A stretch of 32,000 nt of DNA from Pseudanabaena sp. UBA1465 (GCA_002325645.1 DCSN01000229.1:6143-38142), one strand, 5' to 3'; counted from the first letter of the stretch, positions 22,201 through 31,384 are shown. A program made the numbers and translations. Notes: generated by a model from the letters alone, not told the origin.

Positions 22201-22422
22201 ATGAAATTATTAGATGTAGTTGCACTTTTAGAAGATGTCCCCAACTGTCAATTATATCGAGGACAAGTCGGCACAATTGTAGAAATTTACGAACCTAAAG
22301 TCTTTGAAGTCGAATTTAGCGACCTCAATGGAAGAGCCTATGCGATCGAAACCCTAACAGAGAGACAACTAATGGTTTTATACCATCACCCCATCCAAGA
22401 AAGACAATTAGTTGCTGCCTAG
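22201..22422 (+). CDS. DUF4926 domain protein
   Basis: MKLLDVVALLEDVPNCQLYRGQVGTIVEIYEPKVFEVEFSDLNGRAYAIETL is the typical DUF4926 pattern. An AGGAG lies upstream. Confidence 0.7.
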   Translation: MKLLDVVALLEDVPNCQLYRGQVGTIVEIYEPKVFEVEFSDLNGRAYAIETLTERQLMVLYHHPIQERQLVAA

Positions 22423-22433
22423 ATTTAGGTTTG

Positions 22434-22459
22434 TCAGTCTCAGCAATCTCGCATCACTA
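22434..22459 (+). repeat. Fourth TPR-gene relic (cagtctcagcaatctcgcatcact)
   Basis: It matches the SLNNLA(S)L coding stretch of the TPR units and of the fragment at 19820. Confidence 0.5.
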
Positions 22460-22467
22460 ACGCCACC

Positions 22468-22572
22468 CTTAGATTTAAAACCCGTCATATTGATGCAGAA
22501 ATAACCACCGAAGAACAAGACACGATCGCCGCTTCTCAATCCGCCTATGAATTAGGAGGCTATCTCACCTGA
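22468..22572 (+). pseudogene. Relic of a DUF2281-like antitoxin 3' half (LRFKTRHIDAEITTEEQDTIAASQSAYELGGYLT stop)
   Basis: It aligns with FLKSRYAEEEITTEEKENILASQTAYLSGDYLT of the ORF at 20908-21117. It has no N-terminal part and no start codon. Confidence 0.65.
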
Positions 22573-22586
22573 GTGGCAACAGCTAT

Positions 22587-23750
22587 ATGCGAGAATATGC
22601 GATAAATCCACTAAAAAGCATCATGCAACTATTTAGCCGCCGTAACATTCGCCTGTTTGGGATCATTTTTGTGATTACAGTGCTGTTATTTGCGCTTGGA
22701 TGGTTTATATTTTTGCGTCCTGAAGTCACTAGTTTAAATAAATCTGTACAGGTAGCAGGATCGAGTCTCCAAAATATTACCCTCACTGAATTTGATGCGA
22801 ATGGGAAATTACTTTGGGAAATTACTTCTAAACAAGCTAATTATCGTCAAGATCGCAAAATTGCTGATGTTAAAGAGGTGAAGGGAAAGTTTTATCGTAA
22901 TGGTGAACCTCTGATGGAGGTAACTGGCGATAAAGGTACAATCGATCAAGTTTCTAAGGAAATTTCGTTAGAAGGCAACATTAAAGCGATCGCAGTTCAA
23001 GAAAAAATCGATATGACCGCCGATCGCATGGTTTGGAAATCGGAACAGGATTTGCTCAAAGCGACAGGCAATATCCAGATCAATAAACCTGAAGATAAAA
23101 TTAAAATGACTGGTAAGGAACTTACCGCTAAGCCCAGTACCAATGTCTACAGCCTCGCAAAAAATGTGATCGTTATAGCTGCTGAGCCAGCGTTAGAAAT
23201 GAAGAGTGAAAAAATTACTTGGGATGCGAAGCGCGATCGCGTCTACACAGAATCTCCCATTTCCGTGTTGCAGGTCAAAGATAAATTACAGCTATTTGCC
23301 AACAAAGGTGATTGGAATATTCAGACAAAAGAAGTGACTTTTTCTGGTGATATTAAAGCGAAAGATCCCAAACTAGATCTTGATCTAGAAACATCTCAGG
23401 CTTTGTGGAATCTTGATAAAAAATTAGTAACCTTGCCCGTAGAATTTACTGCTACCAGTAAAAGTCGGGGCATTGTCGTTAAGGCTCAACAGGGGCAAGC
23501 TCAACTTAAAGAAGAACGGATTAACCTTACAGGACAAGTTTCTGCAAGTTTGCAGTCTACTCAAGGTATCGTCAATGCTGATCGGGTGGAATGGTTAATT
23601 CCCACGAAAATAGTTACGGCGGATGGCAATATCGTTTATAAGCAGCCCGATAAAAATCTCAATGTGCAAGGCGATCGCGCTGTGGCTAATCTGGAATTAC
23701 AAACAGTTACGATTACAGGTACAAATGTAATTTCGACATTAACTCCTTAG
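22587..23750 (+). CDS. LptC/OstA-like periplasmic LPS-transport protein (long cyanobacterial form)
   Basis: An N-terminal membrane anchor (IRLFGIIFVITVLLFALGWFIF), followed by repetitive beta-rich OstA-like segments. Confidence 0.5.
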   Translation: MREYAINPLKSIMQLFSRRNIRLFGIIFVITVLLFALGWFIFLRPEVTSLNKSVQVAGSSLQNITLTEFDANGKLLWEITSKQANYRQDRKIADVKEVKGKFYRNGEPLMEVTGDKGTIDQVSKEISLEGNIKAIAVQEKIDMTADRMVWKSEQDLLKATGNIQINKPEDKIKMTGKELTAKPSTNVYSLAKNVIVIAAEPALEMKSEKITWDAKRDRVYTESPISVLQVKDKLQLFANKGDWNIQTKEVTFSGDIKAKDPKLDLDLETSQALWNLDKKLVTLPVEFTATSKSRGIVVKAQQGQAQLKEERINLTGQVSASLQSTQGIVNADRVEWLIPTKIVTADGNIVYKQPDKNLNVQGDRAVANLELQTVTITGTNVISTLTP

Positions 23751-23770
23751 GGACTCGCAGTAAAATAAAG

Positions 23771-23819
23771 AACCAAGTTTTTTGTGGCGCGGCTTCGCCG
23801 CGCCACAAAAAACTTGGTT
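23771..23819 (+). terminator. Terminator hairpin after the LptC-like gene
   Basis: aaccaagttttttgtggcgcgg cttc gccgcgccacaaaaaacttggtt is a perfect long stem. Confidence 0.65.
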
Positions 23820-23844
23820 TCATCATAGATATAGAGCCGATCCC

Positions 23845-24531
23845 ATGCCCATAACTATCGAACTTTCTCCGATGACTACCCTCATCCTTCAGATTAGCGC
23901 TGTGGCTACTTGGCTCGGTTTAGTTTTTCTAGCTTCCGAAGTCCTGCACCGCCTTGAACAAGATCCAGAGCTAGTTCGCAAAGTTGTGCATATTGGTACG
24001 GGGCATGTCCTGTTAATCGCTTGGTGGTTGCATATTCCCACATGGATATGTGTTTGTGCTGGCGTATTATTTAGTGCGATCGCCCTAGCCTCTCACCGTA
24101 TTAATATTCTGCCCATGCTCAACGATGTGGGGCGCAAAACCTATGGAGTGTTCTACTACGCTCTCAGCATCACGATTTTGGTAACTCTGCTCTGGGACAA
24201 CTATCCCCAATATGCAGTTATTGGCGTAATGGTCATGTCTTGGGGCGATGGCATGGCAGCTCTCATCGGTAAACGCTTTGGTAAACATACCTTTGTACAT
24301 TTAGGCAATAAACGTAGTTATGAAGGCTCTTTCGCGATGTTTGCCACTAGTTTAGTAGTGATGCTTGGTATTTTTGGAATTACGCATGGTGTTCAGGCTA
24401 AAGATATTGGAATCGTAATACCTGTTGCGGCGATCGCGGCTCTCCTCGAAGCTTATTCCCCTGGAGGTACAGATAATCTCTCCGTACCTTTATCGAGCGC
24501 TTTCCTGAGTTTAGCCTTGCAATCGCTCTAA
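23845..24531 (+). CDS. Phytol kinase / dolichol kinase family membrane protein (CTP-dependent, VTE5-like)
   Basis: A multi-TM protein with the motif WGDGMAALIGKRFGKH. The ORF-track start at 23782 lies inside the preceding terminator hairpin, so the ATG at 23845 is preferred. Confidence 0.6.
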   Translation: MPITIELSPMTTLILQISAVATWLGLVFLASEVLHRLEQDPELVRKVVHIGTGHVLLIAWWLHIPTWICVCAGVLFSAIALASHRINILPMLNDVGRKTYGVFYYALSITILVTLLWDNYPQYAVIGVMVMSWGDGMAALIGKRFGKHTFVHLGNKRSYEGSFAMFATSLVVMLGIFGITHGVQAKDIGIVIPVAAIAALLEAYSPGGTDNLSVPLSSAFLSLALQSL

Positions 24532-25379
24532 TTTACGGAACCGTCTTGCTTAGTGTTTTTTTTCTTACTTTTACTTGAGCCAAATCCCTTAGCAACAGGT
24601 CTGGCAGGAACAATCAATTCAGTCAGTGAAAGTTGACGCTTATGCGCTTTTTCAATCTGACGTTGCTGCTCTCGTAAATTTAAAATGTAGTCTGGCAGTT
24701 TCGGCTCTAATTCCTTAACTGAAAAGTCCGACTCTTTTTTCAATCCCAATTCCACTTGCACCGCCGCCCAAGAACCTGTCAACAACTCATCAACTTCGGT
24801 ATTCGCAAATACTTCCCCGATTAGATCAGCCGCTTCTACCGCCTTCAATTCAGTTAAATTGCTCACCAACGTTGACGTAATCACATCATCATTGATATCA
24901 CGGTAATTTTGGAGCGAATCAATCAAATTCTCTATGCAAGTCTGACGAAGCTCAGCGTAGGATTTGCCGATCTCTTCTAATCCATTAGCGGCAGTAACTC
25001 TTACCCACTGATGTTGGGTTGAATCATCAATGATATTTTTAAACGGGGCGATCGCCAGACCACCAACCTGTCGGGATATTCCATTTACTTCTTCAAGCAG
25101 ATAATCATCATCAGGAAATGCGATTGATAGCTTCACATATTCTTTGATAGCGGTTTCTGGCTCTAACTGAGCGACGGCTCTAATGGCATGGGTTTCGCAA
25201 TTAGTTGAATCACTATCGGTTAAATCTTGATCCCAACATAGTCGGATCAGTTCAGGAACATCCGCTTTTGTGAATCCAAATTTAGCAGCGTAGTCAATCC
25301 AAGTGTCTTGCCAATTAGTTGGGGCATCAAAATTAAGAAGTTGAGCAACAGGATTCTGATAGGGTTGCGATTCTGACAT
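24528..25379 (-). CDS. Conserved hypothetical protein (acidic, helical; Lys-rich C-terminal tail)
   Basis: A 283-aa ORF with coding-like composition. I did not recognise a domain with confidence. Confidence 0.6.
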   Translation of the reverse strand: MSESQPYQNPVAQLLNFDAPTNWQDTWIDYAAKFGFTKADVPELIRLCWDQDLTDSDSTNCETHAIRAVAQLEPETAIKEYVKLSIAFPDDDYLLEEVNGISRQVGGLAIAPFKNIIDDSTQHQWVRVTAANGLEEIGKSYAELRQTCIENLIDSLQNYRDINDDVITSTLVSNLTELKAVEAADLIGEVFANTEVDELLTGSWAAVQVELGLKKESDFSVKELEPKLPDYILNLREQQRQIEKAHKRQLSLTELIVPARPVAKGFGSSKSKKKNTKQDGSVN

Positions 25380-25413
25380 AGTTTTAAGAGTTCGATTTTA
25401 GATGTTTTGAAAT

Positions 25414-25452
25414 TTGAATTTTCATTTTGCCGCAGGCAAAATGAAAATTCAA
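25414..25452 (-). terminator. Hairpin downstream of ndhE (end of the ndh operon)
   Basis: ttgaattttcattttgc cgcag gcaaaatgaaaattcaa. Confidence 0.55.
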
Positions 25453-25456
25453 AATA

Positions 25457-25762
25457 TTACCAACGCAATAAATTAAATTGCTCCATATCCACTGTGTCGC
25501 GACTACGATAAATCGATAGCACGATCGCTAGACCGACAGCAGCTTCGGCAGCAGCGATCGAAATTACAAAAATCGTAAATACTTGACCACGAATACTCGC
25601 AGAATCAAGAAAATTAGAAAATGCCATCAAGTTCAAATTAACGGCATTTAGCATTAATTCCACGGACATTAATACGCGCACCGCGTTACGGCTAGTAATT
25701 AAGCCATAGATGCCAATGCAAAACAGAGCCGCCGCAATAATCAAAAAAGGTTCTAAAGACAT
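25457..25762 (-). CDS. ndhE: NAD(P)H-quinone oxidoreductase subunit 4L
   Basis: A 101-aa three-TM protein with the NdhE/NuoK pattern ([25 protein letters not shown]). Confidence 0.9.
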   Translation of the reverse strand: MSLEPFLIIAAALFCIGIYGLITSRNAVRVLMSVELMLNAVNLNLMAFSNFLDSASIRGQVFTIFVISIAAAEAAVGLAIVLSIYRSRDTVDMEQFNLLRW

Positions 25763-25789
25763 ATTTGTTTACTATTAATTTCAATTTAA

Positions 25790-25828
25790 AAATATTTAAA
25801 TACCGCCGAAGGCGGTATTTAAATATTT
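25790..25828 (-). other. Intercistronic hairpin ndhG/ndhE
   Basis: aaatatttaaataccgcc gaa ggcggtatttaaatattt. It abuts the ndhG stop codon. Confidence 0.6.
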
Positions 25829-26438
25829 ACTTAGAAGCAACAAGTTGCTCTTTGGGCTTTTCTAATAACTCAAGCGACTCTTCATCATCACCTTGAGCAA
25901 AATTTACCGCATCAGGCATAAGCTCACGACGGGCTAGCACGATCGCGCCAATCAGTGAAACCAATAGCAAAATTGATGCCAATTCAAAGGGTAGTAAATA
26001 ATCGCTGAAAAAGTGCTGACCGATAACTACCATCGTTGAAGGGAGTTTGGCGATCGTCGGAGTAATTGCCCAGTTTGTCGAGGTTACAGTCACACCTAGC
26101 AATGCAAATAAACCGACGCATACAGCACCAGTAACAACACTGCGTAAAGCCCCATATTTGACATCTTGGTAATCTTGGCGCTTATTGACCAGCATGATCG
26201 CAAATAGGATCAAAATATTTACCGCACCGACATAAATCAAAACCTGCGCCGCCGCTACAAAATCAGCATTGAGCAACAAGTATAGCCCCGCCACACTGAT
26301 AAAAGTTGCACCGAGCAAAAATGCCGCGTAAACGATATTTTGTAACAGCACCACACCCATCGCCGAAGCGACTAACATCGCTGTTAAGACAACTAGAGAT
26401 ACGGTTTGTGAACCATCGCCTAAGCCAATATTGTTCAT
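25827..26438 (-). CDS. ndhG: NAD(P)H-quinone oxidoreductase subunit 6
   Basis: NdhG/NuoJ pattern (QVLIYVGAVNILILFAIML). Operon context also supports the call. Confidence 0.9.
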   Translation of the reverse strand: MNNIGLGDGSQTVSLVVLTAMLVASAMGVVLLQNIVYAAFLLGATFISVAGLYLLLNADFVAAAQVLIYVGAVNILILFAIMLVNKRQDYQDVKYGALRSVVTGAVCVGLFALLGVTVTSTNWAITPTIAKLPSTMVVIGQHFFSDYLLPFELASILLLVSLIGAIVLARRELMPDAVNFAQGDDEESLELLEKPKEQLVASK

Positions 26439-26469
26439 TCTAAATTTCCTTTATTAGTCCTAATCTTAA

Positions 26470-26508
26470 AATCAAATAAAACGATGCGAAGCATCGTTTT
26501 ATTTGATT
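26470..26508 (-). other. Intercistronic hairpin ndhI/ndhG
   Basis: aatcaaataaaacgatgc gaa gcatcgttttatttgatt. It abuts the ndhI stop codon. Confidence 0.6.
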
Positions 26509-27097
26509 ATTTTTGCTCCGAAGCTGCTTCAGCAATTTCTTCAGGGCGAAGACCCGCACGTTTTGCCGTATGCGGCACTTCATGTCCTTCGATTACACCC
26601 TTAGGCAAGTAAGCCAACTCACGAATCGGTGTTACAAAAGGATCTTCCGTAACTTTAGTGGGCATCCGTCCGAGGGCGACGCTATCAAAGTTCAACTCAT
26701 GGCGATCGAAGGTGGACAGATCGTATTCTTCCGTCATCGATAGGGCATTAGTAGGGCAGTATTCCACACAGTTACCGCAAAAAATACATACGCCGAAGTC
26801 GATGCTGTAGCTCTTGAGTTCCTTTTTCTTGATCTCTGTGTTGAAGGTCCAATCCACCACAGGCAGATTAATTGGACATACGCGCACACAAACTTCACAG
26901 GAAATACACTTATCAAACTCAAAGTGAATCCTTCCACGGAAACGCTCAGAGGGGATCAGTTTTTCATAGGGATACTGCACCGTAATCGGACGGCGGCGCA
27001 TATGGTCAAAGGTGACTGACATACCCTGTCCAATATATTTCGCTGCTTGGACTACATCTTTGGTGTACTCACCAACTTTACTAAGAAATTTCAGCAT
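26507..27097 (-). CDS. ndhI: NAD(P)H-quinone oxidoreductase subunit I (2x 4Fe-4S ferredoxin-type)
   Basis: Two CxxCxxCxxxCP motifs ([12 protein letters not shown] and [12 protein letters not shown]). Confidence 0.9.
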   Translation of the reverse strand: MLKFLSKVGEYTKDVVQAAKYIGQGMSVTFDHMRRRPITVQYPYEKLIPSERFRGRIHFEFDKCISCEVCVRVCPINLPVVDWTFNTEIKKKELKSYSIDFGVCIFCGNCVEYCPTNALSMTEEYDLSTFDRHELNFDSVALGRMPTKVTEDPFVTPIRELAYLPKGVIEGHEVPHTAKRAGLRPEEIAEAASEQK

Positions 27098-27123
27098 TTT
27101 AGTAATTAATAAATGGGTTTATT

Positions 27124-27156
27124 TGTAAAAAAGTGCGAGAAATGCACTTTTTTACA
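27124..27156 (-). other. Intercistronic hairpin ndhA/ndhI
   Basis: tgtaaaaaagtgc gagaaat gcacttttttaca. Confidence 0.6.
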
Positions 27157-27162
27157 GAGTTT

Positions 27163-28281
27163 CTATCCGCCAAACGCAAAGGGGAAAGCCAATTTCAAAG
27201 CTGCGGTGATCAATAGATTAGCCAATCCGATGGGCAGTAAAAATTTCCAGCCAAGATCGAGTAATTGATCGATCCGTACGCGGGGAACCGTCCAACGCAA
27301 CAGAATCGCAAAGAAGATGAAGGCATAGGTTTTAACTAGGGTTGCAGTTAAACCAATGAAAGCTGCTAAAACTTGCCACCAAGCAGTATTTGCTTGAATC
27401 CCTAGCGCATCGCTAATTTTGTCAATGGGGAAAGGCAACTCCCAACCACCAAGATATAAAATCGATGCAAGCAAGCCAGCTAGTAGTAAGTTGGCATAAG
27501 AACCACCGTAGAAAAAGGCAAATCTGATCCCTGAATATTCAGTCTGATAACCAGCAACCAGTTCTTCTTCGGCTTCGGGTAAGTCAAAGGGTAAGCGCTC
27601 ACATTCAGCCAAAGCCGCAATGATGAAAATCACAAAGCCAATTGGCTGCCGCCAAATATTCCAAGAGAGAATGCCATACTCAGCTTGCTGATTGACAATA
27701 TCAATGGTGCTGAGTCCATTGGTCATCAGTGCGATCGCCAATACCGCCAGTGCCAGAGGAATTTCGTAACTAATTGACTGTGCAGCAGCACGCAAACCAC
27801 CGAGCAGCGAGTATTTATTGTTAGAAGAGTAACCTGCCATCAGCAAACCAATCGGGGCAACGCTAGAAATAGCGATGATAAAAAATACACCTGTACCAAT
27901 GTCCGAAATGATCAAATTCTGACCAAAGGGGATCACTAAATAGCAGAGGAAAACAGATGTAAATACTAGAGCTGGACCGATCGTGTAGAGCAAAGGATCG
28001 GCTTTGGCAGGGATCGTGCCTTGCTTGATTAACAGTTTGCCCACGTCCGCGAGGGGAATCAGTAACCCAAAAGGTCCTGCATATTCAGGACCAATCCGTT
28101 GTTGGGCGGCGGCGGAGATTTTGCGCTCTAGCCATGTGCAGACCAGTGCGCCCACAGTTACGCCCAAAATCATCACTGCCATGGGCAGTACCATCCAAAT
28201 TAATTTGGCAACATCCGTCGGCAGCCCAAGCCCCGACAGGATTTCGATTAAAGATTTTTGTAAATCAATTCCACCGTACAT
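27163..28281 (-). CDS. ndhA: NAD(P)H-quinone oxidoreductase subunit 1
   Basis: NdhA/NuoH pattern ([36 protein letters not shown]). Confidence 0.9.
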   Translation of the reverse strand: MYGGIDLQKSLIEILSGLGLPTDVAKLIWMVLPMAVMILGVTVGALVCTWLERKISAAAQQRIGPEYAGPFGLLIPLADVGKLLIKQGTIPAKADPLLYTIGPALVFTSVFLCYLVIPFGQNLIISDIGTGVFFIIAISSVAPIGLLMAGYSSNNKYSLLGGLRAAAQSISYEIPLALAVLAIALMTNGLSTIDIVNQQAEYGILSWNIWRQPIGFVIFIIAALAECERLPFDLPEAEEELVAGYQTEYSGIRFAFFYGGSYANLLLAGLLASILYLGGWELPFPIDKISDALGIQANTAWWQVLAAFIGLTATLVKTYAFIFFAILLRWTVPRVRIDQLLDLGWKFLLPIGLANLLITAALKLAFPFAFGG

Positions 28282-29462
28282 TAGCGATCGACCTCACCCA
28301 TAATAATGTCCACACTGCCAAGGATTGCCATGATGTCGGCAAGCTTCATGCCGCGCACCAGTTCAGGCAAAATCTGTAAATTGATAAATCCTGGTGGACG
28401 AATCTTGAAACGCCAAGGAAAGACGCTATCTTCACCAATAATATAGACACCTAGTTCACCTTTAGGCGCTTCGACCCGCACATAATGTTCGCCAGCCGCC
28501 ACCTTGAAAGTGGGCGATGGCTTTTTACTAATAAACTGATAGTCCATCGAGTTCCATTCGCTCTTCGGTCCCGCCAGAACGCGCTGTGCTTCAAGGTTTT
28601 CGTAAGATCCTCCAGGAATTTGTTTGAGGCATTGCAGGATCATTTTGGCGGATTCGCGCATTTCTCTGACCCGCACCAGATAACGGGCAAGGCAGTCGCC
28701 GCCGTTGTCCCACTGCACATCCCAGTCGAGTTCATCGTAAAGCTCGTAATGATCAACTTTGCGTAAATCAAGTTTTACGCCTGAGCCACGCAGCATTGGA
28801 CCAGATAAGCCCCAATTGATTGCTTCATCACGGGTAATTGTGCCTAAACCTTCTACACGCTTGCGAAAGATCGGATTATTTGTAATTAATTTTTCGTATT
28901 CGTCAATCACAGGGGTGAAGTAATTGCAAAAATCTTCACATTTTTCGATCCAGCCGTAGGGTAGATCGGCGGCAACGCCCCCGATGCGGAAATAGTTGTG
29001 CATCATCCGCATCCCTGTTGCAGCTTCAAACAGGTCATAGATCATTTCCCGTTCGCGGAAAACGTAGAAAAATGGTGTTTGTGCGCCGATGTCTGCGACG
29101 AATGTGCCGAGCCAAAGTAGGTGAGAGGCGATGCGGCTAAGTTCTAACATGATCATGCGAATGTAGCTGGCGCGTCTCGGCACTGGCACATTGGCTAGCT
29201 TTTCGGGGGCATTGACAGTGATTGCCTCGGTGAACATGGTCGCGAGGTAATCCCATCGGGTCACATAGGGCAAATATTGGATAATCGTGCGATTTTCAGC
29301 GATTTTTTCCATGGAGCGATGCAAGTAACCTAAAACAGGTTCACAATCGACTACATTTTCGCCGTCTAGTGTGACGATAAGTCTGAGAACGCCGTGCATG
29401 GATGGGTGGTGAGGTCCCATATTTATGACCATGCGTTCGGCTTTGGTTTCAATCATCACCAT
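28281..29462 (-). CDS. ndhH: NAD(P)H-quinone oxidoreductase subunit H
   Basis: [22 protein letters not shown] and the rest of the NdhH/NuoD pattern. Its stop overlaps the ndhA start (TAATG on the minus strand). Confidence 0.9.
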   Translation of the reverse strand: MVMIETKAERMVINMGPHHPSMHGVLRLIVTLDGENVVDCEPVLGYLHRSMEKIAENRTIIQYLPYVTRWDYLATMFTEAITVNAPEKLANVPVPRRASYIRMIMLELSRIASHLLWLGTFVADIGAQTPFFYVFREREMIYDLFEAATGMRMMHNYFRIGGVAADLPYGWIEKCEDFCNYFTPVIDEYEKLITNNPIFRKRVEGLGTITRDEAINWGLSGPMLRGSGVKLDLRKVDHYELYDELDWDVQWDNGGDCLARYLVRVREMRESAKMILQCLKQIPGGSYENLEAQRVLAGPKSEWNSMDYQFISKKPSPTFKVAAGEHYVRVEAPKGELGVYIIGEDSVFPWRFKIRPPGFINLQILPELVRGMKLADIMAILGSVDIIMGEVDR

Positions 29463-29770
29463 GATTTGCGATCGCCTCTTTACTCTGTAAACTGTTGCTC
29501 TGGCTAGGGGTGCTAGTTTTGGTTAGCGAGTATGTGCTGTGCAAAGCACAACACATACTCGCTCTTCGGTTGTTATTTTAAGTCACTGTTAGAGCGATCG
29601 CTCTAACAAATGACTCTATTGGTTATGTTATTTAAGTAGATATACCTTGATACTTCTCAGTATATCGTCATGTTGGGGTAGGAATATCTGTTAAGCGGTG
29701 GTCAAGTGGTGCAAATTTTTCCAGTCTATCGAGCTTCACCAATGTTAAAACCCTATCCTCGTCCTTACGG

Positions 29771-29811
29771 CTAAAACAGAGAATGGCACAAAGTGCCATT
29801 CTCTGTTTTAG
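29771..29811 (-). terminator. Hairpin overlapping the glycosyltransferase stop codon
   Basis: ctaaaacagagaatggcac aaa gtgccattctctgttttag. Confidence 0.55.
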
Positions 29812-30977
29812 CGAGTTCTTAATACAGGTTTACCTGTATTAAGAACTTGTTCCACGATATCTGCTGCTAATTTTACACCACCAGACTTTTGCATAGCAGC
29901 TTGCATCTTTTGAGCATTATCTCGATATTTCGATCGCGTTAATACCGTTTGCACAGCTTTCCGCAATTTGGGAACGGTTGCTTTTTTGACAGGAATAACT
30001 ACCCCTGTCTCTGTCCAAGCAATTCTCGCGCCTACGCCCGGTTGATCATTGGCGATCGGAATCGCCACCATTGGCACTCCACAACTTAAAGATTCCAATG
30101 CAGTATTTAGCCCTGCATGGGTAATGGTAAGTTGTGCTTTTTGTAAGAGGTCTAACTGGGGAGCATATTTAACCACGATGGGATCGCCTGCAAAGGCTGG
30201 TAGATTATTGGGATCAGCCGAACCTCCTAAGGAAATGATCAATTGAGCGCCCAAATCTTGGCAAGCCTCGGCAATTTGATTAAAAATGCTGAGCAATCGA
30301 TTTTGAATAGTTCCCATAGAAGCATAGATCAAAGGCTTGCCATTCAGTTTTTCGTAGGGAAAATCGACATTGGCGCGACTTAAATTGCTATGAAAAGAAC
30401 CTACAAAATGGAAGCAATCTGGTAATTCTTGTCGAAGAAATTCAAACTCCCCAGGTTGACGGCAAATTTGGGCAAGTTTAGAATTTGCATTGTTAGACTG
30501 GCTAAAAGGTGGCAAATTCAACGACTGTCGATGGGAGTTAATCGTCTCTAGAAGAGGTTTTACCAAACGATCTAGAAGTTTGTAACCAAGTTTGTTCCGA
30601 AGTTTTGCCCAAGGTGCTGTCGAATAATTCCAGCCGAAGCTCAATGGAGGAAGTGCCTCCTCACGATTTGTCATCAAAGCACTAGTAATAGTGATATAGG
30701 GAATTCCTAAATATTCCGCAACACTAGAAGCACCAAAGGAGGCTTGATCGATTAGCAATAAATCAACTTTGGCATCACGAACTACTTCTAGTCCTTCAGT
30801 CATGACTGCGATTATGTTTTGCTGAAATAGCTCAATGGAGTATTTTAAGGCAGCAGAGCCACTTAATTCTCCGAGCTTAACTAGACGAGTTGGGTTAAAG
30901 CCAAGCGGATTAGATTTTTCAGCATAGGCTGTGACGACTCCCATCCCTAACTCGCGGACGAGTATAGGGTGGGCTTC
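29808..30977 (-). pseudogene. GT1-family (MGT/UDP-glycosyltransferase-like) glycosyltransferase, 5'-truncated
   Basis: The C-terminal nucleotide-sugar motif THAGLNTALESLSCGVPMVAIPIANDQPG is present. The longest ORF starts at the ATG at 30944. In-frame codons upstream still read EAHPILVRELG, the remnant of the GH..P...L..EL N-terminal motif, and then hit a stop at 30978-30980. The first 15-20 codons and the true start are missing. Confidence 0.65.
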
Positions 30978-31384
30978 TCAGCTAATCCTGCTATTGCATC
31001 GGAAGCACACTGAGCTTTGTAACGACATCGAGCGCCCCTCGACACCGAGAAAGTTAGACTTTCCAAGCTTGGTTTCTCCAATGGAGAAAAGCTTTTTATC
31101 CTTTATTCCTTGAAAATTTTACATACAGGAGGCAGTTACAAATTAATGTTAAACTCCCCTGTAAAGCGCCATATTTTCAGTTGTCAAGGTTCATGATCAA
31201 CCAGCACTTTCAGCCTTGTTGATTGCATAATTATAACTGAAATGTTGGGTTCGTTCAAGATAATTGTCCATCGGCGGGGCATTGAACCCCTTGATGGACG
31301 CGCTTTCATCCCGTCACTCATCCTTGTAAACGGATAGAGTGCGGGGCTTTCGCTTGTGAGCTAAATTTTCAACTGACGATAGAA
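30978..31384 (-). ncRNA. Orphan omega-RNA-like element, homologous in blocks to 21381-21627, with no nuclease ORF
   Basis: Blocks shared on the minus strand are ttctatcgtcag (31384-31373, vs ttctattgtcag at 21381), the ccccgcac...gtg(a)cggg stem with the same bulged A but a longer helix (31346-31310), aagcttgga plus aagtctaact (31070-31052), and cgctc..tgtcgtt. No ORF of 60 aa or more lies on that strand. Confidence 0.4.

Noticed and set aside
23782-23844. Upstream start for the phytol-kinase-like gene (MWRGFAAPQKTWFHH...)
   Set aside because: These codons lie within the terminator hairpin of the preceding gene and begin with a non-ATG codon. The ATG at 23845 precedes the first TM helix.
24528-24531. 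Convergent genes sharing overlapping stop codons (CTAA: TAA on plus, TAG on minus)
   Set aside because: The overlap is real but trivial. No hairpin lies between the genes and there is no evidence of functional significance beyond compact spacing.
30931-31113. 60-aa plus-strand ORF upstream of the glycosyltransferase
   Set aside because: It has no recognisable domain. It overlaps the glycosyltransferase start on the opposite strand and the structured omega-like element, so it is more likely non-coding.
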